From a virus: 64,000 nucleotides of DNA. The notes under the pieces were generated by a model, which was not told the DNA's origin, ran no database searches, and saw only the letters and a list, made by a program, of their open reading frames with translations. Position 1 is the first letter of the stretch. Each line of letters opens with the position of its first letter. Below, in pieces: positions 38,144-48,304 of the stretch. The translations under genes were made by a program, and so were the position numbers. The stretch covers positions 42,240-106,239 of the IMG/VR virus record IMGVR_UViG_3300008459_000008; one strand, given 5' to 3'.

Positions 38144-38695
38144 ATGTCGAAATTGGTGAGTTTGATTGGAGCACCTGCTAGTGGTAAGTCAACTTTAGCT
38201 AGTTCGGTTCACACCGAACTTAAAAAAATGGGGAAGAACTCCATATTCATAAGTGAAGTAGCAACAGACTACATTGCAGAATATGGAGTTCCCAATACCC
38301 CGCAAGACCAAATAGTCATATTTTATAAACAATGGAATCGTGAGAAGATGTTCATAGGTTCCAAAGACTACATTATTTGTGATTCTTCTGGTATACTCAA
38401 TTACTTTTATTTCAGGGGTTTATTTGACCATAAGTTATCTAATAAGGATATTGCTATTATAAACCATTTACAAAAAGAAATTCTCAAAACCATTAATCAG
38501 TGGGATTTTCTTTTTTACATACCACCAATTCTTGATAATGTTGAAGATGGTATAAGATATCAAGATAAAAATCAAATATTATCACTTGATAGAAAAATTA
38601 AATCTTATTTAGAGCTTGAAAATATACATCATTACGATTTGAGTGATGTATCATTACAAAAAAGGACTGATTATATAATTGATAGAATAGTTTAG
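38144..38695 (+). CDS. P-loop nucleotide kinase/ATPase (AAA_28, NadR-like)
   Basis: GAPASGKST, E.A..Y, IICDS, EDGIRY. Confidence 0.7.
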   Translation: MSKLVSLIGAPASGKSTLASSVHTELKKMGKNSIFISEVATDYIAEYGVPNTPQDQIVIFYKQWNREKMFIGSKDYIICDSSGILNYFYFRGLFDHKLSNKDIAIINHLQKEILKTINQWDFLFYIPPILDNVEDGIRYQDKNQILSLDRKIKSYLELENIHHYDLSDVSLQKRTDYIIDRIV

Positions 38696-38696
38696 A

Positions 38697-39293
38697 TTAT
38701 TTACTCAACAACCTTACTAAATCTTCAGTGATTTTAGAAATCATTTTTCTACCATCAACCTCAATCATGGGTATATTCTTAATCCAAGAATATTTATCAT
38801 TACCATCTACTTGAATATTTTCAATTAATCTGATAACATCTTTATTATTCTTATACTTTGTTATGTAATAAGATTTTAAATCTGATACAAATTGACCAAG
38901 ATCTACACCTTTTTTGTAATTATACTTAACCATTTGTAATTCATTCTCTTGTTTTTCAATCATCAAATACCAGATTGAAGACTTAGAAACTTTAACATTT
39001 TCTAGAAAATTATAAGCTTTAGACGCCTTAATTCCTTTAGGTAGTTTTGCTATTTTACCAATAAATTCGACACTTGATTCCAAAATATTTAGAGGATTAT
39101 CTACCAATTCACCTTTTTCCGGTTTCATGTAATCCGTGCTCATACCGTTCTGAACTCTGTTCGGTTTCTCAGTGGGTAAATTTGGAACGTACGGTGGTTC
39201 ACTTTGAGGCATCACTGGTAGTTGCGCATCATCCTCTTTTTTGAGTTTCGACTTTTTAGAAAGTTCAGAAAATTTTTCAAACGATTTTAGCAT
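38697..39293 (-). CDS. Hypothetical protein with capsid-targeting-like N-terminus
   Basis: MLKSFEKFSE; TAATATATA upstream. Confidence 0.6.
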   Translation of the reverse strand: MLKSFEKFSELSKKSKLKKEDDAQLPVMPQSEPPYVPNLPTEKPNRVQNGMSTDYMKPEKGELVDNPLNILESSVEFIGKIAKLPKGIKASKAYNFLENVKVSKSSIWYLMIEKQENELQMVKYNYKKGVDLGQFVSDLKSYYITKYKNNKDVIRLIENIQVDGNDKYSWIKNIPMIEVDGRKMISKITEDLVRLLSK

Positions 39294-39340
39294 TTATTGA
39301 AATATTTTTTTTATATATTAATTTTAGATAATCAAATTAT

Positions 39341-39595
39341 TTAGTTTTTGTGTTTGTAGTAATATTTGTCTACGTTATAATTTTTAAAATTTTTAATTAT
39401 ATTAACATTGTCAAATAATATGGCTACAAGCCTTTGCAATTTGGATAAGAAATGAAACATTCTATCATTTTCAAATAATTTGGGACTTAGAGTTCTATTC
39501 AATATGTCTTTTTCATAATCCACAAACTTATTATCATCATCGTGACGATGTTTTAATTGGTAGAGTTCATCTAAGTGTTGTTCTTTATAATACAT
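39341..39595 (-). CDS. Small hypothetical protein, probably baseplate-associated
   Basis: Directly downstream of and co-oriented with the baseplate wedge gene. Confidence 0.5.
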   Translation of the reverse strand: MYYKEQHLDELYQLKHRHDDDNKFVDYEKDILNRTLSPKLFENDRMFHFLSKLQRLVAILFDNVNIIKNFKNYNVDKYYYKHKN

Positions 39596-39599
39596 ATAA

Positions 39600-41324
39600 T
39601 CAAATAGTTTGTCTATACTTTACGTCTATAGTACCTTTCTTTATTATATTTATTGATTTGAGACTACCATCATCAATGTGGTTGGAAAAATAAGTGTTAT
39701 TTCTATCATACCAACCTCCTCTGATCACAGGTATCTCGTTAGGTTCAAAGACTATATCCCCCAATAATGGGTCCAAACCAGTATAAATCATAGGATTATA
39801 ATCAAGATCTACATTCACAGTTTCGGTTCCAGAAAAAGTATTGTTATTATTGCTAGCTCTATTCTGTTGTTGAAGTAGGGCTTGTTTATGAAAATCTTCA
39901 TTTTTTTTCGAAATAAAACTTATTTCTACAGAATGGATTTCTTTAATTGTGGATATTTGACTGACCAAATCACTTTTTGGTATACGGTCCAATCTATTGA
40001 AATTCAAAAAATACTCTGATACTTTGTCATATATTTGTGATGTTACAGCATCATCCATAGCATCAGTATAAGTCATAATGAATACATTCATTATATAAAG
40101 TGAAATTTTAGGTGAGGTGATAACATATCTTTTTGTCAATTGTATATTTCCAGCAATCCTCAAATATTGATCTATTTTGGATTTTTCATCATCATCTAAC
40201 TCAAAAGCACCGAGGTCAACACTGAAGTAGTCTGCATTTGTACTTTTAAATAATTTGATATTTGGTGTTGCGACAATATAAATTACTCCACCATCATCTG
40301 TATAAGCATTCACATGAGAAAATACACCCAACCTCTTGATTTGATAAGCATATTGTTGTGGAAGTCCTATCACAAAATTATTACTCACTATTGGTAGTAT
40401 ATTCTTTGTGAAATCTAATTTTTCTCTATCAGCTCCAAAATTGATATCTGATACTATTGTGAGGTCAAAAACTCTTGTTGGATCAATTGTATTACCTTGA
40501 CCATCTTGAGGTAGGTCATTGAATGTCCAATCATTCGGTGTTCTACGAAATATTGAACCACTAGAACCATCACTAGTCAAGTAATTGATTTCGATTGGTG
40601 CACCAAGTGTTGGTACCGCTCCAAATCCACTATTCCCAAAAATAACATCTATACCACCATTAAATCCAGTTCTGACAACACAGGCTTGTTCATCCGGTAA
40701 AAGATCATATAGATGTTTTTTTACAGTCCAAAATTCACCATTCACAGTGACTTCATAGTTAAAGTTTTCAACATCTCTTTGATTGTTTCTAAGGTTTACT
40801 TGGAAAGTTTGGTTTTCATTACCATCACTTGTAAATGTTGTTTTCTCCCATTTTCCTTGAATGATGGGTATAAAAAATTGTGTTGAAGAATTAATCTTGA
40901 AGGTTTGTACATCTGTTCCAAAATTCAAACTATATTCCAAACCATTTGTTTTATTTTTCAAAGCAGCCTTATTAAAAAAAGTAATTCTTCCACCAGGTAT
41001 ATCACTTTCAACATCAGATGATGTCTTTACAGTGAATTTAATAGTACCGGTCGCACTTATGTTTCTACTCGGTAAATGCCCCACATAAATTGCAGCATTT
41101 CTAATTACTCTAGCATTTGCAGAATTAGCCTCAGATAAATCGAATTGTCTTATCGAATTCTTTAAGTATAATATTGATAATTGATATAAATTTTCTACCA
41201 CCAATAGAATTTGTCCATATGGACTAGCAGCGGAAAATAAAATACCAGCTTTTGAATATTCTTGTTTTAAATAAAGCTCGATTTCAGCTTTTACTTTATC
41301 AAAACTTATTTCGGTTAAGTTCAT
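39600..41324 (-). CDS. Baseplate wedge subunit (T4 gp6-like)
   Basis: N-terminal EISFDKVKAEI..YL, A...G..P.R..SA, IFGNSGFG..P, YL.SDG..G, GADRE motifs. Confidence 0.75.
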   Translation of the reverse strand: MNLTEISFDKVKAEIELYLKQEYSKAGILFSAASPYGQILLVVENLYQLSILYLKNSIRQFDLSEANSANARVIRNAAIYVGHLPSRNISATGTIKFTVKTSSDVESDIPGGRITFFNKAALKNKTNGLEYSLNFGTDVQTFKINSSTQFFIPIIQGKWEKTTFTSDGNENQTFQVNLRNNQRDVENFNYEVTVNGEFWTVKKHLYDLLPDEQACVVRTGFNGGIDVIFGNSGFGAVPTLGAPIEINYLTSDGSSGSIFRRTPNDWTFNDLPQDGQGNTIDPTRVFDLTIVSDINFGADREKLDFTKNILPIVSNNFVIGLPQQYAYQIKRLGVFSHVNAYTDDGGVIYIVATPNIKLFKSTNADYFSVDLGAFELDDDEKSKIDQYLRIAGNIQLTKRYVITSPKISLYIMNVFIMTYTDAMDDAVTSQIYDKVSEYFLNFNRLDRIPKSDLVSQISTIKEIHSVEISFISKKNEDFHKQALLQQQNRASNNNNTFSGTETVNVDLDYNPMIYTGLDPLLGDIVFEPNEIPVIRGGWYDRNNTYFSNHIDDGSLKSINIIKKGTIDVKYRQTI

Positions 41325-41419
41325 TTTGTAAAATAATTTGTATTTTATATATTAATTATATAATTATCTGTAATGTTTTTATGGGTTTATATTTATATAT
41401 ACTAAAATTGGTAATATTA

Positions 41420-42145
41420 ATGAATTTTGAACACATTTTTGGTTTACTCGCCGATCATAGTTTACAAGGTATAATTTTTGCTCTTGGTGCGATAATTTTT
41501 TGGATAATTGACTCGACATTTGGTCTTCCTAAAATTTTAAGTAGGATTTTTTACTCTATAATTGAGGTAGTTATCAAAAGAAAAGTCACTGATGATGGAA
41601 TTGAACCACATATGAAACACATAAGTGAATCTGACATCAATAACCACGATATATTTAACTACCTTAATTTTTGGATCTATTCAAAAATACCAACACTAGA
41701 ATTTTCTTCTGAATTCAGAACTGTTGTTTTTAGAAAATATTTGACTATATACCTAAAAAAACATAAAGAGTGTTTCAGAAAATTTATCGAAGATAAAAGA
41801 TTTACTGAAATGGATGATACTCAATTGTGGAACTGCTTACTTTCATTGATTAATGAAATAATTTTTGATTATGAAACTGAGATGACTGCCAGTGGAATAC
41901 CTAGAATTATCATAGAAAAAATGAAAGCTAGAAACAATGATAGGATATCACTAACGATAGATCTAATAGAGGGTATATGTAACAGTTCTTTTTATAACTC
42001 AGAAAAAAATTATCTTAAAGTATATTCTATACTGAATATTTATTTAGCCATTTTAGAAAATACAATAGCAGGTTCAGTAAAAGTTTGTGATTCAATAAAT
42101 GGACAATTAAAAGGTATGTCTATGGATGGTAAAACAGAGAATTAA
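41420..42145 (+). CDS. Hypothetical membrane protein
   Basis: N-terminal hydrophobic helix (GIIFALGAIIFWII); start moved to ATG 41420. Confidence 0.55.
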   Translation: MNFEHIFGLLADHSLQGIIFALGAIIFWIIDSTFGLPKILSRIFYSIIEVVIKRKVTDDGIEPHMKHISESDINNHDIFNYLNFWIYSKIPTLEFSSEFRTVVFRKYLTIYLKKHKECFRKFIEDKRFTEMDDTQLWNCLLSLINEIIFDYETEMTASGIPRIIIEKMKARNNDRISLTIDLIEGICNSSFYNSEKNYLKVYSILNIYLAILENTIAGSVKVCDSINGQLKGMSMDGKTEN

Positions 42146-42675
42146 TACATCAAATCGTAAACCATTTGAGGTTCAAACTCATGGTCAGTTAAACAAAGAT
42201 CATAATCACAAAATTCATTGAAATCTTTTTCATCAGATTCCACTCTCCTTATTATTGAATCATTATAATCCCTTCTCTCAGATAACCTTTGTGTTCTGAT
42301 TTCTTTATCTATATTGAGATAAACTACAAAACACTTATTTCTATCCTCCATACTTATCTGTTTTAATTCTTCAGTTGTCATTATAAAAACTTGGTTATTA
42401 TCCCAATTTTCTTTTGTTATTCCATAATACCAATTGACTCCGTTTATTACAAAACATTCCGATGTTTTAATTTTACCTTGTTGATGTAACAAACTATAAA
42501 GATTATGATCTATAAAATCATAATCCTCACCATCAATTTCATTAGTTCTTTTTGGTCTGGTGGTAAATTTTGGTACATATTTTAGACCAAAATTTGTCAA
42601 TTCTCGTCTGAGATAATCTTTACCACTCCCAGATTTTCCCAAAATTATAATTTTTTCTTGTTTTTCACTCATCAA
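42142..42675 (-). CDS. gmk: Guanylate kinase-like
   Basis: GKSGSGKD, TTRPKR..EIDGEDYDF, WYYG motifs. Confidence 0.85.
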   Translation of the reverse strand: MMSEKQEKIIILGKSGSGKDYLRRELTNFGLKYVPKFTTRPKRTNEIDGEDYDFIDHNLYSLLHQQGKIKTSECFVINGVNWYYGITKENWDNNQVFIMTTEELKQISMEDRNKCFVVYLNIDKEIRTQRLSERRDYNDSIIRRVESDEKDFNEFCDYDLCLTDHEFEPQMVYDLMY

Positions 42676-42696
42676 ATATTTATATTGATAAGTTTA

Positions 42697-43254
42697 TTAT
42701 TGTTTAACTTTGGTGACTTGTGATAATTTTTCTTTATCAAACTGATCGAAACTCATCACCTTAGACTTTTGTACACTACCTTGATTGGAAGTATAATCTT
42801 GTTTCTGTGAGAAAATATTTTTTAAACCCCTCAAAATTTTATTTTTTCTCCTTTTATTTGTACCTCTCCTATCAGATAGGGGCGCTGGCAATTTTTGAAA
42901 AACTTTTTTCTTACCACCAGGATTATAAGGGACACTTATATCACCTGATCCAACTGTACCACCACCAGCGGTAAAAGAAGAACCACTTGTTGAACCTGCA
43001 TATGCCGAAGGTTGAGCAGAAACCACTGAACCCATACCACCAATCGATGCATTTGCGTATCCTACACCACCCCCACCAACACCAATACTAGCAGCAGCCG
43101 CTGCGCCACCTGGTCCATCTTCCAGTATAGAATTAACATAAAATTCTTCCTCTAAGAGTATAAGTTCGGATAATTTATCCACGTTCAATCCCTCATTCAA
43201 TAGAGTACCACGTAATTCAAATAGATCTTCCAAACTCATTTTATTTTTATTCAT
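42697..43254 (-). CDS. Gly/Ala-rich hypothetical protein, possibly a head internal protein
   Basis: ILE-DGPGGAAAA Gly-rich linker, basic tail, C-terminal VMSFDQF motif. Confidence 0.55.
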   Translation of the reverse strand: MNKNKMSLEDLFELRGTLLNEGLNVDKLSELILLEEEFYVNSILEDGPGGAAAAASIGVGGGGVGYANASIGGMGSVVSAQPSAYAGSTSGSSFTAGGGTVGSGDISVPYNPGGKKKVFQKLPAPLSDRRGTNKRRKNKILRGLKNIFSQKQDYTSNQGSVQKSKVMSFDQFDKEKLSQVTKVKQ

Positions 43255-43307
43255 ACAATATATATCTTTTTTTTAGGACGAAAAATATCTATTCGATATA
43301 TAATTCA

Positions 43308-43907
43308 ATGGACTTTTTCTTGAAATTAGAATTCAATCGTTTGATAAAAGAATTAGATTTTATTGATTCGGATCTGGTTTATAAATCAACCTTGTTGAAG
43401 GTAGCTGATGAACACTTCATCAAAAATGTAAATGATGTCCTAGAAACTTTTCCCCAACTTAAACAGATAGTAGATGATAGGACAAATCAAAGATACAATT
43501 TGATTAATGATGATCCTATTATCATCACACCAATAGACGAGGTAGATGAGACCGAAATTGTCTTTGAGACAAAAGACCAAAGATTAAAAACATTATATAG
43601 ACAAATAGCCAGATCTACACACCCAGATGTGGCATCTCAATCAAATCTACAAGAAGTTTATCTGGAAGCTCAGAAGGCTTATGATTCCAACGACCTAGTT
43701 CAAATAATGTCAATTTGTGAAAAACTAAAAATAGATTATGAGATCACAAATGAAGAATTTCAACTTATTAAAGATGAAATAAACACAAAAAAACAACGTA
43801 TAAAATTCTTAGAATCAACATATACATGGAAATGGTATCAAGTTTCCAGTACCGAGGAAAAAAATAAAATTATTTTGAACTATTTAGAGACTCAAGTATC
43901 TAAATAA
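43308..43907 (+). CDS. J-domain (DnaJ-like) protein
   Basis: LKTLYRQIARSTHPD...AQKAY: helix II plus HPD motif. Confidence 0.7.
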   Translation: MDFFLKLEFNRLIKELDFIDSDLVYKSTLLKVADEHFIKNVNDVLETFPQLKQIVDDRTNQRYNLINDDPIIITPIDEVDETEIVFETKDQRLKTLYRQIARSTHPDVASQSNLQEVYLEAQKAYDSNDLVQIMSICEKLKIDYEITNEEFQLIKDEINTKKQRIKFLESTYTWKWYQVSSTEEKNKIILNYLETQVSK

Positions 43908-44532
43908 TATTAATCGTTACTTTACGATCATTCAATAAATTTTGAAAATCATCCTTCCTGAAGTATTTCTGATAAACATCAGTTTCACTTTCTTGATTTT
44001 GTAAAAACCATTCGTTTCCATTCGTAGTAGAGTAAATGTAATTTTGTCCACCATCCTCTACTTCAATTACCTTTGATGATAATTTATCATAGAATTTTTT
44101 AATATCACCATTTACTTTGAACATCCTAAGAGTTTCCCATTTTGAAAGACTATCATTCCAAGATTGAAACAGAATAAAATCCGGATTTTCTAATTCACTA
44201 GAATCAACTTTATGGATCAACATAAATCTACAAGGTTTATTAAGAAATGTTTCAAAATCTTCACTATTAGTAACATTTGATTTTCTAAAACCCATACTAG
44301 ATAGTCTTTGAATAAAATCCGAATTTGAAGTTAAGGTATCTAAATTCAATTTGTCTTGGAATTCTTTTTTTGATAAATCAAATATATTGAAGAAGTTTAC
44401 CTCCTCTGCTCCAATAGATTTCATTATACTATCATAAAATAAACCCAAAGATTCATTGATGTCTATCTCAATTAATCTAATGTCAATTTGTATGGATTCT
44501 TGGAATGATCTATATTGTTTAACGAATTTCAT
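43900..44532 (-). CDS. Hypothetical protein with capsid-targeting-like N-terminus
   Basis: MKFVKQYRSFQES. Confidence 0.6.
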   Translation of the reverse strand: MKFVKQYRSFQESIQIDIRLIEIDINESLGLFYDSIMKSIGAEEVNFFNIFDLSKKEFQDKLNLDTLTSNSDFIQRLSSMGFRKSNVTNSEDFETFLNKPCRFMLIHKVDSSELENPDFILFQSWNDSLSKWETLRMFKVNGDIKKFYDKLSSKVIEVEDGGQNYIYSTTNGNEWFLQNQESETDVYQKYFRKDDFQNLLNDRKVTINII

Positions 44533-44591
44533 CTTGAACTATAAAATACTAACAGAATTTTAATATATATTAAAAATAGAAAACATTTTGA

Positions 44592-46022
44592 ATGAAGTGG
44601 TTACGTCCATATGAAATATTTTTAGAGCAACAAAATCAATTTTTACCACAAAGTCAAATTGAAATCAAATCACCCATCAAATACAATCCAAAAAATTTGA
44701 TTGGAGAAATTTGTGTCGGAATGTTATTATTGAATAATAATTTTTTGGATGATTTATTAGATAGGGGTCTCAAAGCTAGATATTCTGAAAACTCACAAGT
44801 TTTTTTGAATGATTTGAAAACCATGTTAATCAATAAAAACAGATTACAACTTGGAAAATTTGATGGTGGGACCTGTGTTCAAGACGATGATACATCAAAA
44901 TTTACTAACATTTTTGATAATATTGATTTTGAAATAGAAAAAGATTGGAATGTATTAATTGACTCAAGGATTACATCAAGAAACATTTGTGATAAAATAC
45001 TACAAGAGGAAAAACTGACACCAGAAATGGTAAAGTGTGTATATTGGGTTGGTATCACTGATGATAAATTGTATCCAGAAGACCTTGTAATTGAGCTTCA
45101 AAATGGTAAACAACTTGGCATAGTACTTAATAAAGGGTTATCTACACAAAAAACCTCTTCATTCAATACCTTTGGGGATGAAATTTTAGGAGTTGATTTG
45201 GACCAACTGTACAAAGAAGAGTATAGTAGTAAATGGGATAAATTAATTCAGAATTGGGTTAAAATTACATATGAAAATGCAAATAAAAATATTCAAATTC
45301 ATATTGAAAAATTTATAGATCCACAAAGAATAGATAGTTTGGGGTACTTCGAATATTTCGATTTAAAACACAAAGACATCAGGTTTAAAAACATTGGTGA
45401 ACACATCAAAGAATTCAACAAAAACATATTAACATTTTCCGATTTACTGAATGAAGTTTGGAAGAATAAGGAAACTTGTTTTATAGATCCCAAAAGAGTT
45501 CAAAAGGACTGGATGGAGAAAAAAATATTTATTTTAAATTCCAGAATTTTGGAGCATTTATTTACCGAATCGTTATTAAAAAATTATTCTGGTCAAATTA
45601 CCAAACAGGAGGACGGTCTAAAGAAAACTGATGGTGACATCAAAATGAGAATTATGAAAGTAATAGTTCAAAAAATGGGGTGTCTTGAAAGACCATTATA
45701 TTTTTTCTCCAATAAAGGTAATAATATGGATTTTATACCAAGTAGAGATTTGTTCCGTAGGACATATGATGATTTCGAAGTTTTATTTAATTATCATGTT
45801 AAGATGGTTGTTGATAATTCTGAAGATGATGATGTAAATGATTTCAAGATAAACGTTTTTGTAAATCTTGATGGGAAAAAATTACTAGACCTAATAATCT
45901 CAATTGATTTTACTGGAGGTGAAATGTCTAGTAGATTATCATCAAAGTTTAAATTCATTCCCGTGGCAGATTTTAATTTGATTTTAACCAATAAAATGAG
46001 GGAAACAATAAATGAGGATTAA
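44592..46022 (+). CDS. Hypothetical protein with capsid-targeting-like N-terminus
   Basis: MKWLRPYEIFLE; divergent from 44532 around a shared TAATATATATTA palindrome. Confidence 0.6.
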   Translation: MKWLRPYEIFLEQQNQFLPQSQIEIKSPIKYNPKNLIGEICVGMLLLNNNFLDDLLDRGLKARYSENSQVFLNDLKTMLINKNRLQLGKFDGGTCVQDDDTSKFTNIFDNIDFEIEKDWNVLIDSRITSRNICDKILQEEKLTPEMVKCVYWVGITDDKLYPEDLVIELQNGKQLGIVLNKGLSTQKTSSFNTFGDEILGVDLDQLYKEEYSSKWDKLIQNWVKITYENANKNIQIHIEKFIDPQRIDSLGYFEYFDLKHKDIRFKNIGEHIKEFNKNILTFSDLLNEVWKNKETCFIDPKRVQKDWMEKKIFILNSRILEHLFTESLLKNYSGQITKQEDGLKKTDGDIKMRIMKVIVQKMGCLERPLYFFSNKGNNMDFIPSRDLFRRTYDDFEVLFNYHVKMVVDNSEDDDVNDFKINVFVNLDGKKLLDLIISIDFTGGEMSSRLSSKFKFIPVADFNLILTNKMRETINED

Positions 46023-46323
46023 AAAATTCAACGAGATGTTGAAAGATAGATTTGATTATGATAAGATAATCAAATTAATGAAGACATATGGTTGGGGATT
46101 GGGTGTGGTGACTTCAATTGATGAATTTGAAGAAAATACGGAGTATTTTTTAAATCCTCAAAATGAGGATGATTATATTGAACAATTTCACATTTTTTTG
46201 ACTGACAAATCATCGAATAGATTAAGAGGACAATTCAGAAATGATCATAGTCTAAGGTTGGGTAAATGGAAATTGGGTATCCAAGTAGATAAACCCACAT
46301 CTATTTACAATAAATTAACTTGA
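46012..46323 (+). CDS. Hypothetical protein with capsid-targeting-like N-terminus
   Basis: MRIKKFNE. Confidence 0.6.
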   Translation: MRIKKFNEMLKDRFDYDKIIKLMKTYGWGLGVVTSIDEFEENTEYFLNPQNEDDYIEQFHIFLTDKSSNRLRGQFRNDHSLRLGKWKLGIQVDKPTSIYNKLT

Positions 46324-47766
46324 ACCAGCAGCTCCTTGTATTGCTTGGGATACGGCATTAACATATTTCAAAATATAATTTTGTTTGTAAAACTCCACAC
46401 CCTCTTCAGTTATATTTTGAATGATCGTTCCATCAGGTAATTCAATATCATAAATAAAACCATCATCAGATTCAGTTTCCACCTCAACTTCAACTTGTGG
46501 TAGTTTTTCGAATTGGTCAGCTATGGATTCAAAATCGAAACTTTCAAAATCCAAATCTTCTCCTAGTCCTAATAGTGATGCTTTCGCTAGGTCAGTTGCA
46601 TCTTGTGATGGTTTCCTTCTGTAAGCCACAACCCTATTTGATGGTCCTCCCTCAAACCCAACTATGAATGTATCCAATAAACCTTGTATCTCATCAACAT
46701 CTTCTTCTTCGAAAGCATAACAAGGATATTCTCTTTCAGAATTTGATGGGTAGAAATCGCCTCTTAAACTACCAGGAAAAAAAGGTTGTGGTATTTCAAT
46801 TCCAACTATACTTATTTTACCTTTCATTTGAGGATGTAATAACCAAGTCTTATATAAGTGACCCAATTTCTTTAATTGTTTTGTAGCTTTTCTAAAAATG
46901 CCTGGCTTCCTTTTATTCAAAAAATCTTGTATCCATTTTAACAATTTTAAGATCAATTCGTTGAATTTTTTGATAGGTATGAAAAAAGCACGTAAACCAA
47001 CTATGATAGGATTAAAAATAGTAGAAATAACTTTTAATTTTTCTTTTGCAATAAAAGTTGGCATTATATCAAATATTCTAAAATAAGGATTTAAATCTTG
47101 TATTGATTTGATTATGTTCAAATAACATTCTATAATTTTCATCGTTTGTGTGATGGCATTGGCCACGTTCCAAGGTGGGGCTACAATAATTTGTATAATA
47201 CCAGCTATGCCTGAAGCTGTGGTCACAATTGCGGTAATTAATCTTTTAACAATATCAATAAAACCTGTAAAAATAGCTAATAATGAATCTTTAATTGCTT
47301 TTAATTGTTCTCTGGCATATTTTTTCCACTCTTCAATTTTTTGATCGTATATCTTTTTATATTCTTTAATTTTTCGCCTACGCTCCTCTCTTCTTTTAGC
47401 TCTTCTTTTGTCCCGTTCTTCCCTTCTTTTTTGTTTTTCAGCTTCAGATATAGCCTCTTGTTGTTCTTTTGGTAAAGCTTTGAATTCTTCTTTTTCTCTT
47501 CTCTTTTTTTCCTTCTCTTCATCTTTTGCCTCTATCTCCTTTTCAGAATCAAATATTAAATCTGCTTGGTCTTTTGTGATCTCTGGATTTTTTTGTCTTA
47601 ACATTTGTTTAGCAGCGTCTTTCAAACTAGGAAAAAAACTTGCTGTGCCTCCTTTTAAATCAATTGGCAATGGGGGTATAGCATCGAAATTTATACCCGA
47701 TGTAGCTAGATCTTGTCTGAGACCTTCTAATTGTTTTTGAAATTTATCATAGGTTACTGATGCCAT
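46315..47766 (-). CDS. Hypothetical protein with charged coiled coil and hydrophobic helices
   Basis: K/E/R-rich helix followed by long amphipathic/hydrophobic segments; TAATATATA upstream. Confidence 0.6.
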   Translation of the reverse strand: MASVTYDKFQKQLEGLRQDLATSGINFDAIPPLPIDLKGGTASFFPSLKDAAKQMLRQKNPEITKDQADLIFDSEKEIEAKDEEKEKKRREKEEFKALPKEQQEAISEAEKQKRREERDKRRAKRREERRRKIKEYKKIYDQKIEEWKKYAREQLKAIKDSLLAIFTGFIDIVKRLITAIVTTASGIAGIIQIIVAPPWNVANAITQTMKIIECYLNIIKSIQDLNPYFRIFDIMPTFIAKEKLKVISTIFNPIIVGLRAFFIPIKKFNELILKLLKWIQDFLNKRKPGIFRKATKQLKKLGHLYKTWLLHPQMKGKISIVGIEIPQPFFPGSLRGDFYPSNSEREYPCYAFEEEDVDEIQGLLDTFIVGFEGGPSNRVVAYRRKPSQDATDLAKASLLGLGEDLDFESFDFESIADQFEKLPQVEVEVETESDDGFIYDIELPDGTIIQNITEEGVEFYKQNYILKYVNAVSQAIQGAAGSS

Positions 47767-47843
47767 GATTTATATATTATAAATTACTTATTTCTCAATA
47801 ACTTTTGAAATAGGTCTAATATAATAAAAAAACAAAATGGATT

Positions 47844-48086
47844 ATGGGAAAAAAAGCAAAAGAACACAGAAAAAAAGTCGCTAAACGAAATAGGATAATT
47901 CAACAAGAACGTAAAAGATTTGAAAAACAATCACAAGAATTGTTCAACCAAATTTATAATGAACAAATGGGTTCTACAAAACCACTAGAAAGTTCATTCA
48001 ACTTTCCAAATATGAATGGACCCCTTATTGTTCCTCAAACAGAACCAATCATCAACTCGACAATACTGAACGGCCCGCAAATATAA
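47844..48086 (+). CDS. Small basic hypothetical protein
   Basis: MGKKAKEHRKKVAKRN; A-rich leader. Confidence 0.6.
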   Translation: MGKKAKEHRKKVAKRNRIIQQERKRFEKQSQELFNQIYNEQMGSTKPLESSFNFPNMNGPLIVPQTEPIINSTILNGPQI

Positions 48087-48304
48087 ATCCAAGTACCCAA
48101 AATAATAAGTTGGGTTTTGATTTATTTGTTATTACAGAATTTATTTTTGATTCTATAATTTTTCTAATAAAAAAACAATATTCGTGATCATTTTTTTTCA
48201 GAACTAATAGTTTGTTCATCTCTAAAATAGAATTAATATCTTTCCTTTCCATATTCATTTTTAAATTAAAACTATTTCTATATATAATTTTTTTTTCAAT
48301 TTTT

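Noticed and set aside
41420-42145. Holin call
   Set aside because: A single N-terminal membrane helix fits, but there is no adjacent endolysin or recognisable motif.
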